From: Mycobacteriales bacterium
GTDB taxonomy: Bacteria > Actinomycetota > Actinomycetes > Mycobacteriales > QHCD01
Assembly (NCBI GenBank): GCA_038253135.1
Contig: JBBSHJ010000003.1
Span: forward strand, 5,323 to 69,322
Direction: 5' to 3'
Length of the DNA stretch: 64,000 nucleotides
A program made the position numbers and the translations under genes. Shown piece after piece: positions 19,221 to 28,479 of this stretch (position 1 is the first letter of the stretch; each line of letters starts with the position of its first letter). Under the pieces are notes generated by a model. That model saw nothing but the letters and a program-made list of their open reading frames with translations. It did not search any database and was not told the origin of the DNA.

Positions 19221-19954
19221 CGCAGCCGCCCGTCCTGCATCTGCAGCACCCGATCGGCCGCCGCGGCGACCGACTCGGAGTGCGTGACGAGGACGGTGGT
19301 GCCGTCGGCGGGCCGCACCTGGCGGAGCAGGTCGAGGATCGAGTCCTCCTCGTCCGTACTGACCTCGGCGGTCGGCTCGTCGGCGAGCAGTACGCGGGGA
19401 GCTCCGGCCAGGGCGACGGCCAGGCCGGCGCGGGCGGTCTCGCCGCCGGACAGCGAGGATGGCCGGGCATGGGCGCGATCCGCGATGCCGAGCGCCGACA
19501 GGAGCGCGGCGGGCGCGCGCACGTTCGAGGCGACGGCCGGCGTGCGGCGGCCCCGCCCGCAGCCACGGAACGACGCGGCCAGCCGGACATTGCCGAGCAC
19601 GCTCAGATGCTCGATCAGTCCGCTGCCCTGGGTGAGCACGCCGACCAGCTTCCCGCGCATCCGCGCCTGTTCGGCTGGCGCGCGGTGGCTCAGCCGCTGC
19701 CCGTCGATCCACACGCTGCCGCCGTCCGGGTCATCGAGACCGGCGAGCAGGTTCAGCAGTGTCGACTTGCCCGATCCGGACGGCCCGACCACCGCGATCA
19801 TCTCGCCGGGCGCGGCCGTGAAGGTCACATCGCGCAGCGCGGGCACCTCCTCATCGCCGCGGCGATAGAAGCGGTGCAGACCACGCGCCTGCAAGACCGC
19901 GGTTTCTTGGGGTGCGGTTTCTTGAGGTGCAGGTGCAGGTGCCGTCGCCGTCAT
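19217..19954 (-). CDS. ABC transporter ATP-binding protein, divergent second copy
   Basis: Last 245 codons of track ORF 19217..20329; start MTATAPAPAPQETAPQE. Walker A GPSGSGKST, atypical signature LSGGETARAGLAVAL, Walker B LLADEPTAEV. Confidence 0.8.
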   Translation of the reverse strand: MTATAPAPAPQETAPQETAVLQARGLHRFYRRGDEEVPALRDVTFTAAPGEMIAVVGPSGSGKSTLLNLLAGLDDPDGGSVWIDGQRLSHRAPAEQARMRGKLVGVLTQGSGLIEHLSVLGNVRLAASFRGCGRGRRTPAVASNVRAPAALLSALGIADRAHARPSSLSGGETARAGLAVALAGAPRVLLADEPTAEVSTDEEDSILDLLRQVRPADGTTVLVTHSESVAAAADRVLQMQDGRLR

Positions 19955-20790
19955 GAGACCCGCAGGCTCTGCGAGATCTTGGTGTAGGGATCGACGTTGT
20001 CCGAGCCCACCGCGCCGTACAGGTCGAGCGTGATGAGACGTCCCGCGTGAATGATCATGTAACGCTGGACCTCGTCCCGAAACACCTTGCCCGTCACGGG
20101 ATCCGATGCTGAGTTTCGGCGGAAGACGATGAGCACCCCGGTCCCGGCGGGCAGCGAGGCGGGCTTCACGCTGCGGAGCTCGAATGCGGGCTCGCTGATC
20201 TTCAGGTCGGTGATCGTCTGCTGCACCGAGAGGACCGTCGGGACCTTGGTCGCCGGGCGCGCGGTCGCCGTGACGCCGTTCAGCTTGTCGGTGAAGGTCA
20301 CGGTCGGCCCGAGCACGATCCGGGCCCATCCTTCGGGGTGCACGAAGGCATAGCGGCCCTGATGGTTGGTGTAGGGGACGTAGGCGATGTTGTCGGGGAT
20401 ATCGCCCGGTGGGTTGTTCTCGACGGGAGCGGGTTTCTGCGCCGGACTGGGCTTGGTCGAATGATGTGGTCGGGCGCTCGACCCCTTGGCCGGCGGCTTC
20501 GACGGCGCGCTCGACCGGCCGGACGCCGGCCCGGATGTGCTGGCCGAGGCGGTGGGACTCGGCGATCCGGTTGCGCCGGCCGACCGGCTCGCACCCGTGG
20601 CGGTGCTCGGGCTCGGCGAGGAGTTGTTGCCGGACGGGCTGGCCTGGTGCGAGCTGCCGCAGCCGGCGATGACGCCGATTGAGAGCGTGACGAGCACGGC
20701 CGACGTACGTCGATGCCCGTTTCTCCGGCGTCGCGCGCGGTCCTGTGCCGGGCCGGCGGAACCTCGGGCCCCGGGGTGCGAAGATGCCAT
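19951..20790 (-). CDS. lipoprotein of unknown function (first gene of the ABC operon)
   Basis: Last 279 codons of track ORF 19951..21036; start MASSHPGARG. Lipobox VIAGCGSS, a long Ser/Pro/Ala linker, then a globular C-terminal domain (YVPYTNHQGRYAFVHPEGW...). Confidence 0.7.
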   Translation of the reverse strand: MASSHPGARGSAGPAQDRARRRRNGHRRTSAVLVTLSIGVIAGCGSSHQASPSGNNSSPSPSTATGASRSAGATGSPSPTASASTSGPASGRSSAPSKPPAKGSSARPHHSTKPSPAQKPAPVENNPPGDIPDNIAYVPYTNHQGRYAFVHPEGWARIVLGPTVTFTDKLNGVTATARPATKVPTVLSVQQTITDLKISEPAFELRSVKPASLPAGTGVLIVFRRNSASDPVTGKVFRDEVQRYMIIHAGRLITLDLYGAVGSDNVDPYTKISQSLRVS

Positions 20791-20909
20791 GTCCCGGACG
20801 GTACGGAGCCGACGGTTAGGGCCAGGACACCTGAGCGTTAGCGCTGGTTTTACCTTGGCTGAGGCATTCTGTGCGTGCGTATCAAGCCATCCGAGGGGGT
20901 GAGCCGACC

Positions 20910-22307
20910 GTGTCGCGAGAAGGTGCAGGTCCTGCCCCGCGGAGCAGGTGCCGTCGGCGGTTGCCGCTGCGACGCCGGATCTCGGCCGGCATCCTCGGGA
21001 TCGCCGGGGTGGCGGTCGTGCTGTTCGCGATTCCACTTGCCGTCACCGTTGCGTGGCTCGACCGGGGTCACGAGTACGCCGAGTTGCAGAGCGAGGCGAC
21101 GAGGGTCGCCGCACTGGTGCCCGACAATCCGGTCCGCGCCGGCCGGTCGTCGACGGTCCCGCCGAGCACGGACCACGACACGATGCTCGGGATCTACACG
21201 CCCCGCGGCGATCGGGCCGGCGGGAAGGGGCCGGGACATTCGGAACTGGCGGCGGCCGCCGGCGACGGTCGGGTCCACCGCGGCCCGGAGAACGGGCAAC
21301 TCGTGGCGGCCGTTCCGGTGCCGTCCGACCGGAAGGTCGTCGCGATAGTCCGCGCCGCGGTACCCCGCAACACGGTTTCGGCACGAATCGCGCGGGCCTG
21401 GATCGGGATGATCCTGCTCGGGCTCGGCGTGCTCGCCGTCGCGTGGCTGCTCGCGCGCCGGCAGGCCCGCCGGATCGCCCGCCCGCTCGAGGATTTCACC
21501 TCCGCAGCACGGGCGCTCGGCGATGGCAATTTCGCGGTCGAACCTGGCCGTTCGGACATCTTGGAGGCCGATATCGCCGGCACCGCGCTGCGCCATACCG
21601 CTGGGCGGCTCGGCGATCTCGTCGAGCGGGAGCGGGCCTTCAGCGCTGATGCGTCGCATCAATTGCGGACCCCGTTGACGGGTCTGCTGCTCGGTCTGGA
21701 ATCGGCATTGTCCCGCGATGACGCCGACCGTGACGCTGCGCTGCGCGATGCCGTTGTACGGGCGAGGAAACTGCAGGAAACAATCGACGACCTGCTCTCC
21801 CTCCGTCGAGACGGGCGCGACGACATCGGCAGCCTGTATCTCGACGTCGCGCTCCCGCAGGGCGCCGCGGAGTGGATGTCGCGATTCTCCGCCGGCGGAC
21901 GCCGGCTCGAGCTGCGGATTTCTCGCGAGACCCCGCCCGTGCGAGCGTCGGCCGCCGCCCTGCGCCAGATCGTCGACGTGCTGCTCGGCAATGCCCTCCA
22001 GCACGGCCGCGGAACGGTGACGCTGTCCGCCTCGGACCTCGGCGCGGCTGCGGCCGTCGAGGTCACCGACGAGGGCGACGGCGTCATCGGCGATCCCGAG
22101 GCGGTCTTCACTCGCCGAGGACCGCAGGCGCAGGGCCACGGCATCGGCCTGGCGCTCGCCCGGTCGCTCGCCGAGGCCGACGGCGGCCGGCTGATCCTGC
22201 GCCGGGCGGCGCCGCGCCCCACCTTTGCGTTGCTCCTACCCCTGGCCGAGGCGGTCATCGCGCCCCCGTCGGTGCCTCCGTCAGGCGCTCAGCCGCCCGT
22301 CTCGTAG
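20910..22307 (+). CDS. sensor histidine kinase (2 TM, HAMP, HisKA, HATPase_c)
   Basis: Track ORF 20871..22307. H-box FSADASHQLRTPLTGL and ATPase blocks LGNALQHG, DEGDGV, GHGIGLALAR. GTG at 20910 has GAGGGGG upstream; 20871 is an alternative start. Confidence 0.85.
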   Translation: MSREGAGPAPRSRCRRRLPLRRRISAGILGIAGVAVVLFAIPLAVTVAWLDRGHEYAELQSEATRVAALVPDNPVRAGRSSTVPPSTDHDTMLGIYTPRGDRAGGKGPGHSELAAAAGDGRVHRGPENGQLVAAVPVPSDRKVVAIVRAAVPRNTVSARIARAWIGMILLGLGVLAVAWLLARRQARRIARPLEDFTSAARALGDGNFAVEPGRSDILEADIAGTALRHTAGRLGDLVERERAFSADASHQLRTPLTGLLLGLESALSRDDADRDAALRDAVVRARKLQETIDDLLSLRRDGRDDIGSLYLDVALPQGAAEWMSRFSAGGRRLELRISRETPPVRASAAALRQIVDVLLGNALQHGRGTVTLSASDLGAAAAVEVTDEGDGVIGDPEAVFTRRGPQAQGHGIGLALARSLAEADGGRLILRRAAPRPTFALLLPLAEAVIAPPSVPPSGAQPPVS

Positions 22308-22975
22308 CGATAGCCGTGACCGCGCAGCGTCGTGATCCGGTCGGCGCGCTCGCCGAGCTCGGCAAGCTTGCGCCGCACCACCGATACGTGGACGTCGAGG
22401 GTCTTGGTCGACCCGAACCAATTCTCGTCCCACACCTCGGCCATCAGCCGCTCGCGCGACACCGCCTCTCCGGCCGATGCCGCCAGCAGGACCAGCAGGT
22501 CGAACTCCTTCGGGCGCAGGGCAACGTCCCGGCCGTCGAAGAGGGCGCGCCGCGCCGGGATATTCAGCGTCAGCTTCCCGACGGCGATCTGCTCATCCAA
22601 CTGGCTGGGGGGTGCGCGCCGCAGGTGGGCGCGTAATCGAGCGAGCAGCTCGGCCAGCCGAAACGGCTTGGTCAGATAGTCGTCCGCGCCGGCATCGAGC
22701 GCCACGATGACCTCGAATTCCTCCGTACGCGCGGTCAGCACGACAATGACCGCGTCGGGAACGCGCTGCCGCAACGTGCGGCACAGCGTGACGCCGTCCA
22801 TGTCGGGGAGGCCGAGATCGAGGAGCACCAGGTCGGCGACCCGCTGCTGCGCCGCGGCCAGCGCATTCTCGCCCGTCTGCACCCACGTCGCGTCATAACC
22901 TGCGCTGTTAATGGCGGTGTGCAATTCGGCGCCGATGGTGGCGTCGTCCTCGATGATCAGCACAGCCGGCCGCAC
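22289..22975 (-). CDS. OmpR/PhoB-family response regulator
   Basis: Track ORF 22289..23017. Receiver domain VLIIEDD...LVLLDLGLPDMDG...TAR...KPF and winged-helix LRPKEFDLLVLL...TLRGHGYRY. Likely GTG start at 22975. The 3' end overlaps the kinase gene by 19 nt, in convergent orientation. Confidence 0.85.
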   Translation of the reverse strand: MRPAVLIIEDDATIGAELHTAINSAGYDATWVQTGENALAAAQQRVADLVLLDLGLPDMDGVTLCRTLRQRVPDAVIVVLTARTEEFEVIVALDAGADDYLTKPFRLAELLARLRAHLRRAPPSQLDEQIAVGKLTLNIPARRALFDGRDVALRPKEFDLLVLLAASAGEAVSRERLMAEVWDENWFGSTKTLDVHVSVVRRKLAELGERADRITTLRGHGYRYETGG

Positions 22976-23088
22976 CCGGCAGAGTGTAGGCGGGCAGGGT
23001 GTAGGCCGGGCTCGCACGGCGGTCGGCGAGGTCGGCCGCGCCGGTGCTGATGCCGGGAATTCCCGAATGTCTCGGCTAGGCTCGGCCG

Positions 23089-23898
23089 GTGCGTTTGACG
23101 CGGGTGCTTGCGGCGATTGGCGCGGCGTTGACGGCTACGGCAATCGCCGCAGGATGCCAGGCGAAACCCCAGACGGCGAGAGCCCAGCCGGACAGGGGCG
23201 GGCGCGCCGGGGCGCCGGCGACATCGTCGATGCGTACGCCGGCCGGTCCGTCGAGCAGCGGTGCGATCGCGAGTCCGACCGCCGCCGATTCCGGGTCCAG
23301 CGCACCTGCGTCGAATGCGCCGGTGTCGCCCAGTCCGTCGGTGAGCAGCACCGCGAGCCCGAGCAGCACCGGTGCGGGCCCGACCCGAACGGGGAGTCGC
23401 AGCAGGTCGCCGCACCCGCCGGCAACCGTCGTCGCGTCGACGGCGGCGACGTCCGGGGCGGCGAGCACCAGCACGGCGCCGGGCCCGGCCAAAGCGGTCA
23501 CCGATGCGTGTCGGCTGCTCTCGGGCGGTGATGTCACCGAGTTCCTCGGCGTGGACTCGGCCGCGGCGACACCGTCGTTCAACGGCTCGATCTATACGTG
23601 CACCTACAAGGTCAGCGTCGGGGGGATCCGCGGGCAGCTCTACCTGGACGTGTCCAACGACCGTGGTGCCTCGCTGTTCGGGCAGACGCGGTCCTCCGGT
23701 GCCTTCGATGCGATCAGGGGCGTCGGTGACGAGGCGGCGTACAACCCGGAAGACGGGCGGTTCGCCGTCCGCGACGGCAACGACTACCTCCTCCTGACCC
23801 TTCCGATCACGCTCGGCGGATCGACGGTGACCACGACGGCGCAGGCCACGCAGGTCGGGGCCGCGATGGCCAAGCGGGCGGTGGCCGGGATGCGCTGA
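23089..23898 (+). CDS. lipoprotein of unknown function
   Basis: 269-aa track ORF. Signal MRLTRVLAAIGAALTATAIAAGC, a Ser/Pro/Ala-rich linker, and a C-terminal domain starting DACRLLSGGDVTEFLG, as in small actinobacterial lipoproteins. Confidence 0.7.
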   Translation: MRLTRVLAAIGAALTATAIAAGCQAKPQTARAQPDRGGRAGAPATSSMRTPAGPSSSGAIASPTAADSGSSAPASNAPVSPSPSVSSTASPSSTGAGPTRTGSRSRSPHPPATVVASTAATSGAASTSTAPGPAKAVTDACRLLSGGDVTEFLGVDSAAATPSFNGSIYTCTYKVSVGGIRGQLYLDVSNDRGASLFGQTRSSGAFDAIRGVGDEAAYNPEDGRFAVRDGNDYLLLTLPITLGGSTVTTTAQATQVGAAMAKRAVAGMR

Positions 23899-23899
23899 G

Positions 23900-24706
23900 T
23901 CACCAGCCGGACTGGCGGGCGCGGATCTCATACATCAGCACGGACGCGGATATCGACACGTTGAGCGAGTCCGCCTGCCCGAGCATCGGGATCGTTACCG
24001 GCATCGCGCCGTGCGCGTACCACGGCGCGGAGATGCCGTAACGCTCATTGCCCACGACGAGCGCGCTGCGAGCGGCGTAGGGCACGCTGCGGTACGCCGT
24101 AGCACCGTTGGCATCGGCGAGATAGAGCGCAAATCCCCTGTCCTGCAGCCATCGGGCCGCATCGTCGGGCTGCTCGAAATCGACGTACGGCACCCGCACG
24201 CTCATGCCATGGCTGCCGCGAAACACCTTCGGGTGGGTCATACGGGTACGCCGGTTGGTCAGTACGAGCACGTCGGCCGCACAGCCGTCCATGGTCCGGA
24301 TCAGCGTGCCGAGGTTTCCCGGGATCTCGACCGCGTCGGCCACCAGGGCGAGCGCCGGCTCGCTGAGATCGAGCCGGTCGGGGTCCCATTGCGGCATGTC
24401 GGCGATCGACAGCAGACCGTCCGGCGCGTCGCGCTCGCTGAGGCGTTCGAGGGTCCTGCGGGAGATCTCATAGGAATGCCGGGCCCGCGCGGTGAGCGGC
24501 GCCACGATGGTGCGGGCCACGTCGGACCGCAGCGCATCCGGGCACAGGAGAAAGGTGTCGATCTCGGTGCCGGCATCGAGCAGGACCTCGTGCGCCCACA
24601 ACCCCTCGGCGATGAAGCGTTGATGCCGGTTGGGCGTCTGGTTCGCCTGCAGCGCAAGGAGGTGCTTGACCCGGGGATGGTGGATGCCGACCGGCTGCAG
24701 GTCCAT
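23900..24706 (-). CDS. SpoU/TrmH-family RNA 2'-O-methyltransferase with an N-terminal substrate-binding domain (TSR/NHR-like size and layout)
   Basis: 268-aa track ORF. SpoU motifs GNLGTLIRT, VVGNERYGIS and IPMLGQADSLNVSISASVLMYE. An N-terminal domain of about 100 aa precedes the catalytic fold. Confidence 0.85.
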   Translation of the reverse strand: MDLQPVGIHHPRVKHLLALQANQTPNRHQRFIAEGLWAHEVLLDAGTEIDTFLLCPDALRSDVARTIVAPLTARARHSYEISRRTLERLSERDAPDGLLSIADMPQWDPDRLDLSEPALALVADAVEIPGNLGTLIRTMDGCAADVLVLTNRRTRMTHPKVFRGSHGMSVRVPYVDFEQPDDAARWLQDRGFALYLADANGATAYRSVPYAARSALVVGNERYGISAPWYAHGAMPVTIPMLGQADSLNVSISASVLMYEIRARQSGW

Positions 24707-24725
24707 ACCCGGCGATCGTATCCCG

Positions 24726-27380
24726 TCAGATCGAGACGCCGAGCAGTCCGCGCGTGACCTGGAAACCGGTCAGGCCCTCGCCCGACACGATCGGCGTCCG
24801 GCGGCGCGACGCGACGTCGAGCAGCGCCCGCAGCAACTCCTCGCCGTCGGCCAGCGGCACGACGTCGACGTCGGCGACCGCGCCCGCCGCCGTCTGCAGG
24901 ACCGGGACGAGGCGATGACCGGCGACGGCCGCGTCGGCGACGTGCACCGCGATCAGCTCGGAACCCGAGGCGGCCAGCCCGGTGGCCGTCTCCATCCACG
25001 ACGCACCCGGCGTCTCCATCACCTGCAGCCCGGGTGTGGCGACCTGCGCATGCGCGATCGTGGCGGGAGGCTCGCGATCAATGCCTAGCCGGCTACAGAA
25101 AACACTGGACCGCCACAGTGGCGAGGGTTCCGATACGACGACAGTCCCACCGGTGGCGCCGATGGCGGCCGCGACGGCGCCGTAGGCAGCCGCGCTCCGG
25201 TCATCGACGTCACCGAGCGCGTGCAGCCCGACCCGCAGCCGGTCCAGACCGGCCGGCTGCTCCGTCCACGGCGTCAAGCCGCCGAGCGCCGGCCCGAACC
25301 ATTCCGTCACCCGCTCGGTGACCGCGTCGATGCCACCGTCGGCCTGGATCGATGCCCAGCCGAACCGGTCGACATCGAGCCCGGCGTCCCGCAGCCGGCC
25401 GCGGAAGAAGTCGTTGTGCGTGATCTCGCACCCGTGCTCCAGTAACAGCGCGGCACCGACCGACGGGTGCGAGAGGCAGCCGAGCGCGATCCGGCCCCAC
25501 AGGTCCTCGGCGCTGGACGTGATGGCGCCGCAGCCCTCGGTGTGCGGGAGGGCGACGTACCGCGACACCGCATCCGTGCCGAGTCGCTCCGTCAGCACAC
25601 CCGCGATGCGCAGGGCGATCTGACCGGAGCAGATGCTGGTCGGCAGGATCAGGCCGATGCGGTCGGTCGCCCCGTCGACCGCAGACCACCGCAGGTCGGA
25701 TCGGGCCACGGCCCCGGTGATCGGCAGCGGCACCCCGTCCAGCTCCGGCCGCTCGCGCGCCGTGAGCGCGATCCCGCGCGGCTCGGCGGCGGGCGCGCCC
25801 TGCCGCCAGGCCCGCCAGATCGAGACCTGGCTGTGGCCGGCCCGCTCGCCGGCCGTTCGCTCACCCGAGGCGACCCGGACCGCGAGATCGAAGACCGACG
25901 TGGTCGCCTCCGCGAGCGGTACGCCGTCGAGCAGCTGGCCGGCGTTGACGTCCATCTCGGCCGCAAGCAATTCATAGCGCCGGGAGGTGCTGACGAATTT
26001 CACGGTCGGCACGAACGGGAAGTTGGTGATCGAGCCGTTCCCGGTCGTGAAGAAGATGAGATTGCAGCCCGAGGCGACCTGCCCGGCGACGCTCTCGAGA
26101 TCGTTTCCCGGGCTGTTCATGAAGGTATAGCCGGGCCCGGGAATCGGCTCGGCGTAGTCGATGACATGGTCGAGGCGGACCCGGGGATCGCGCTTGCGGG
26201 CGGCCCCGAGCGATTTCAGGGTGATGTTGTAGAGGCCGCGCATGATGTTGCCGCCGGAGACGTTGCCCTCAGTGGTGTGACCGTGGGCGCGGACGCGCGC
26301 GGCGAACGCCGCGATGGTGTCCAGGAACTGCCGGGCCGTGCCGGCGTCGCGAACCCGGTCGAGCAGGTAGGACTCGGCGCCCGTCAGCTCGTCGGTCTCC
26401 GCCAGCTCGGCCACCCCGCCGTGCCGGATGACCTCGGCGCCGACGGCGGCGGCGAGCGGATTGGCGCTGACACCGGAGAAGGCGTCCGAGCCACCGCACT
26501 GCAGCGCGATGTTGAGGCGGCTGAGCGGGATTTCGGTACGCCGCTGCGCACCGATCCGGGGGATCCAGCCGGTGACCGTCGCGGCCGCGCGGTCGATGTC
26601 GTCGTGCAGCGCCCCGCGCCGGCGCAGCGCCGCGACCTGCGCGGTCGGTGCGGGGTAACCGCGGTCGGCGGCGTACGACGCGAGCGCGGCCGCGGTGAGA
26701 AGGGATCCCGGCTCGTCGACGATCAGCACGGCGCCGACGTTCGGGTGCCGGGCGAACCCGGTGAGGGTCCGCACCAGCAGGTCGAGGTTGGCGCTCGAGC
26801 GGCCGTCGCTGCCCTCCGTGTGCGCGACCGCGACGACCGGGTCGGGCAGCGGCGCGCCGGCGAAGCGGGCGGCGACCGCCTCGGCGAACGGACCGGTCGC
26901 GGCCGACGTACCCAGGATCACGATGTGGTTGCGGGTGCCGGCCGTCGCCCCGCGGTCGTAGCCGAGGAACGTGCCCGGCGAGCCGACCGGCGCGATCTGT
27001 TCGACCGCGGCGAGCGGACCGGATTCGAGGACATACGGGTCAAGCGGGCGGTTCTCGAAGTTCGGGCCGGCCGGCCAGGTCAGATCCGACCGCCGGGCGC
27101 GGAGCACGTCGAGCATCCGCTCCGTCGCCAGGTAGTCGCCCGGCGCGACCGGCAGCACGGCGTAGCCGAACGGCAGCCCCCAGGACGTCAGCGCCGCGCC
27201 CGGCGGCACGGTCGCGACGGAGAACCGATGGCCTTCCGGTACGGCGTGCGCGACGCGGACCGTGCTGCCGTCGGTGAGGGTGACGCGGGCGCCGGGCGGG
27301 AGCTCACGGGTCGCGATCGCGCAATTGTCGGCGCCGGTCGGGAGCACCGCCCCGCCGGCCAGCACCACGGGAGCGGTCAC
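24726..27380 (-). CDS. UxaA-family (altronate/galactarate dehydratase-like) protein, 884 aa, with an extra C-terminal module
   Basis: 884-aa track ORF. N-terminal SAF-like segment, then a middle domain with degenerate AVAHTEGSDG. C-terminal dehydratase domain blocks are LQCGGSDAFSG and FFTTGNGSITNFPFVPTVKF. A second middle-domain copy follows with canonical ALPHTEGCG and LLLEHGCE. Confidence 0.8.
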   Translation of the reverse strand: MTAPVVLAGGAVLPTGADNCAIATRELPPGARVTLTDGSTVRVAHAVPEGHRFSVATVPPGAALTSWGLPFGYAVLPVAPGDYLATERMLDVLRARRSDLTWPAGPNFENRPLDPYVLESGPLAAVEQIAPVGSPGTFLGYDRGATAGTRNHIVILGTSAATGPFAEAVAARFAGAPLPDPVVAVAHTEGSDGRSSANLDLLVRTLTGFARHPNVGAVLIVDEPGSLLTAAALASYAADRGYPAPTAQVAALRRRGALHDDIDRAAATVTGWIPRIGAQRRTEIPLSRLNIALQCGGSDAFSGVSANPLAAAVGAEVIRHGGVAELAETDELTGAESYLLDRVRDAGTARQFLDTIAAFAARVRAHGHTTEGNVSGGNIMRGLYNITLKSLGAARKRDPRVRLDHVIDYAEPIPGPGYTFMNSPGNDLESVAGQVASGCNLIFFTTGNGSITNFPFVPTVKFVSTSRRYELLAAEMDVNAGQLLDGVPLAEATTSVFDLAVRVASGERTAGERAGHSQVSIWRAWRQGAPAAEPRGIALTARERPELDGVPLPITGAVARSDLRWSAVDGATDRIGLILPTSICSGQIALRIAGVLTERLGTDAVSRYVALPHTEGCGAITSSAEDLWGRIALGCLSHPSVGAALLLEHGCEITHNDFFRGRLRDAGLDVDRFGWASIQADGGIDAVTERVTEWFGPALGGLTPWTEQPAGLDRLRVGLHALGDVDDRSAAAYGAVAAAIGATGGTVVVSEPSPLWRSSVFCSRLGIDREPPATIAHAQVATPGLQVMETPGASWMETATGLAASGSELIAVHVADAAVAGHRLVPVLQTAAGAVADVDVVPLADGEELLRALLDVASRRRTPIVSGEGLTGFQVTRGLLGVSI

Positions 27381-27459
27381 GACGAGATCTCGGCCACGGA
27401 CGGCAAGAGCATCGAGCCATCATCGCACCGGCTCGCGGCCGGCCAGGCAGAATGTCCGG

Positions 27460-28206
27460 ATGCAGCTGTTCGAGGATCCGCCACCAGCGCTGGGCGAGCC
27501 GATCGCCGCCGGACGCACCGCCGACATCTACCCGCTCCCCGACGGCTGGGTGCTGCGGCGCTACCGCACCGATGTCGGCAACGTCGAGCGCGAGGCCGCG
27601 GCGGCCCGGCTCGCCGTGGCCGGCGGCGTACCCACGCCGGAGGTGCGGGAGGCGCGCGGCCACGACATGGTGCTGCGCCGGGTCGACGGCCCGACGATGG
27701 TGGACGCGTTCGCCTCCGGTGCGATCGGCGCCGAGGACGGCGCGCAGATCCTGGCCGACCTGCACCGGGCCTGCCACGCGGTACGCCGCCCGTCCGGCGA
27801 CGCGTCGGGGCTGCGGGACATCTCCGAGCCGGGCACGCCCGAGGACCAGAAGGTCCTGCTGCACCTCGATCTGCACCCGCTCAACGTGATGCTGGGCGCG
27901 GACGGCCCGATGCTGATCGACTGGGCCAACGCCTCCTGGGGCCCGGCCGGCGTCGACGAGGCGATGACCGTCCTCATCCTGTCGGTGGTCGTGCTCAACA
28001 ACACGTTGGGCATCGCCGAGCCGGCCCGCCGGATGCTGTCGGCCTTCATCGACGCGGCCGGCGACCCACGCCCCTGTCTCGAGGCGGCGATCGCGGCTCG
28101 CCGCACCTATACGCATCCGTCGCAGGAAGAGCTCCGGGTCCTGCCGGAGATAACGAATCTCGCTCGATCCCTCGGCCCGGTGCCCGGGCGTCCCGCCGTT
28201 ACGTGA
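27460..28206 (+). CDS. aminoglycoside-phosphotransferase-family kinase (APH/ChoK fold)
   Basis: Last 248 codons of track ORF 27262..28206; start MQLFEDPP. Catalytic block LLHLDLHPLNVMLGADGPMLIDWANA. Confidence 0.75.
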   Translation: MQLFEDPPPALGEPIAAGRTADIYPLPDGWVLRRYRTDVGNVEREAAAARLAVAGGVPTPEVREARGHDMVLRRVDGPTMVDAFASGAIGAEDGAQILADLHRACHAVRRPSGDASGLRDISEPGTPEDQKVLLHLDLHPLNVMLGADGPMLIDWANASWGPAGVDEAMTVLILSVVVLNNTLGIAEPARRMLSAFIDAAGDPRPCLEAAIAARRTYTHPSQEELRVLPEITNLARSLGPVPGRPAVT

Positions 28207-28371
28207 GCGCTATGATCAGCGCCGGTACGTCGGCGACGAATCCGGTGAGACTGTCATAACCCCTGTCGCTGCGGTCCGACCTGCGGCGGCCGGTGCGGAC
28301 GTTGCCGGGAGGGCGGGCCGCGAGGCAGGCGCGCTACGGTGATCGGGTGCCGCGGCTGCGCCGCCGCACCG

Positions 28372-28460
28372 GGAGGGCTCGCATAGCGGCCTAGTGCGGC
28401 GGTCTTGAAAACCGCTATGAGGGGTGACTCTCATCGTGGGTTCGAATCCCACGCCCTCCG
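28372..28460 (+). tRNA. tRNA-Ser (anticodon UGA)
   Basis: Hand-folded. Acceptor GGAGGGC/GCCCTCC, anticodon stem GCGGT/ACCGC with loop CTTGAAA, long variable arm, T arm GTGGG-TTCGAAT-CCCAC, discriminator G, no encoded CCA. Coordinates were anchored on the antisense track ORF 28216..28452. Confidence 0.9.
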
Positions 28461-28479
28461 CCGACGTCGAGCCGCACCG

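Noticed and set aside
28216-28452. 78-aa ORF starting MGFEPTMRV on the minus strand.
   Set aside because: It is the antisense reading of tRNA-Ser(UGA), with FEP coming from the T-loop. It is not a gene. The same applies to 36676..36897, which starts inside tRNA-Arg.
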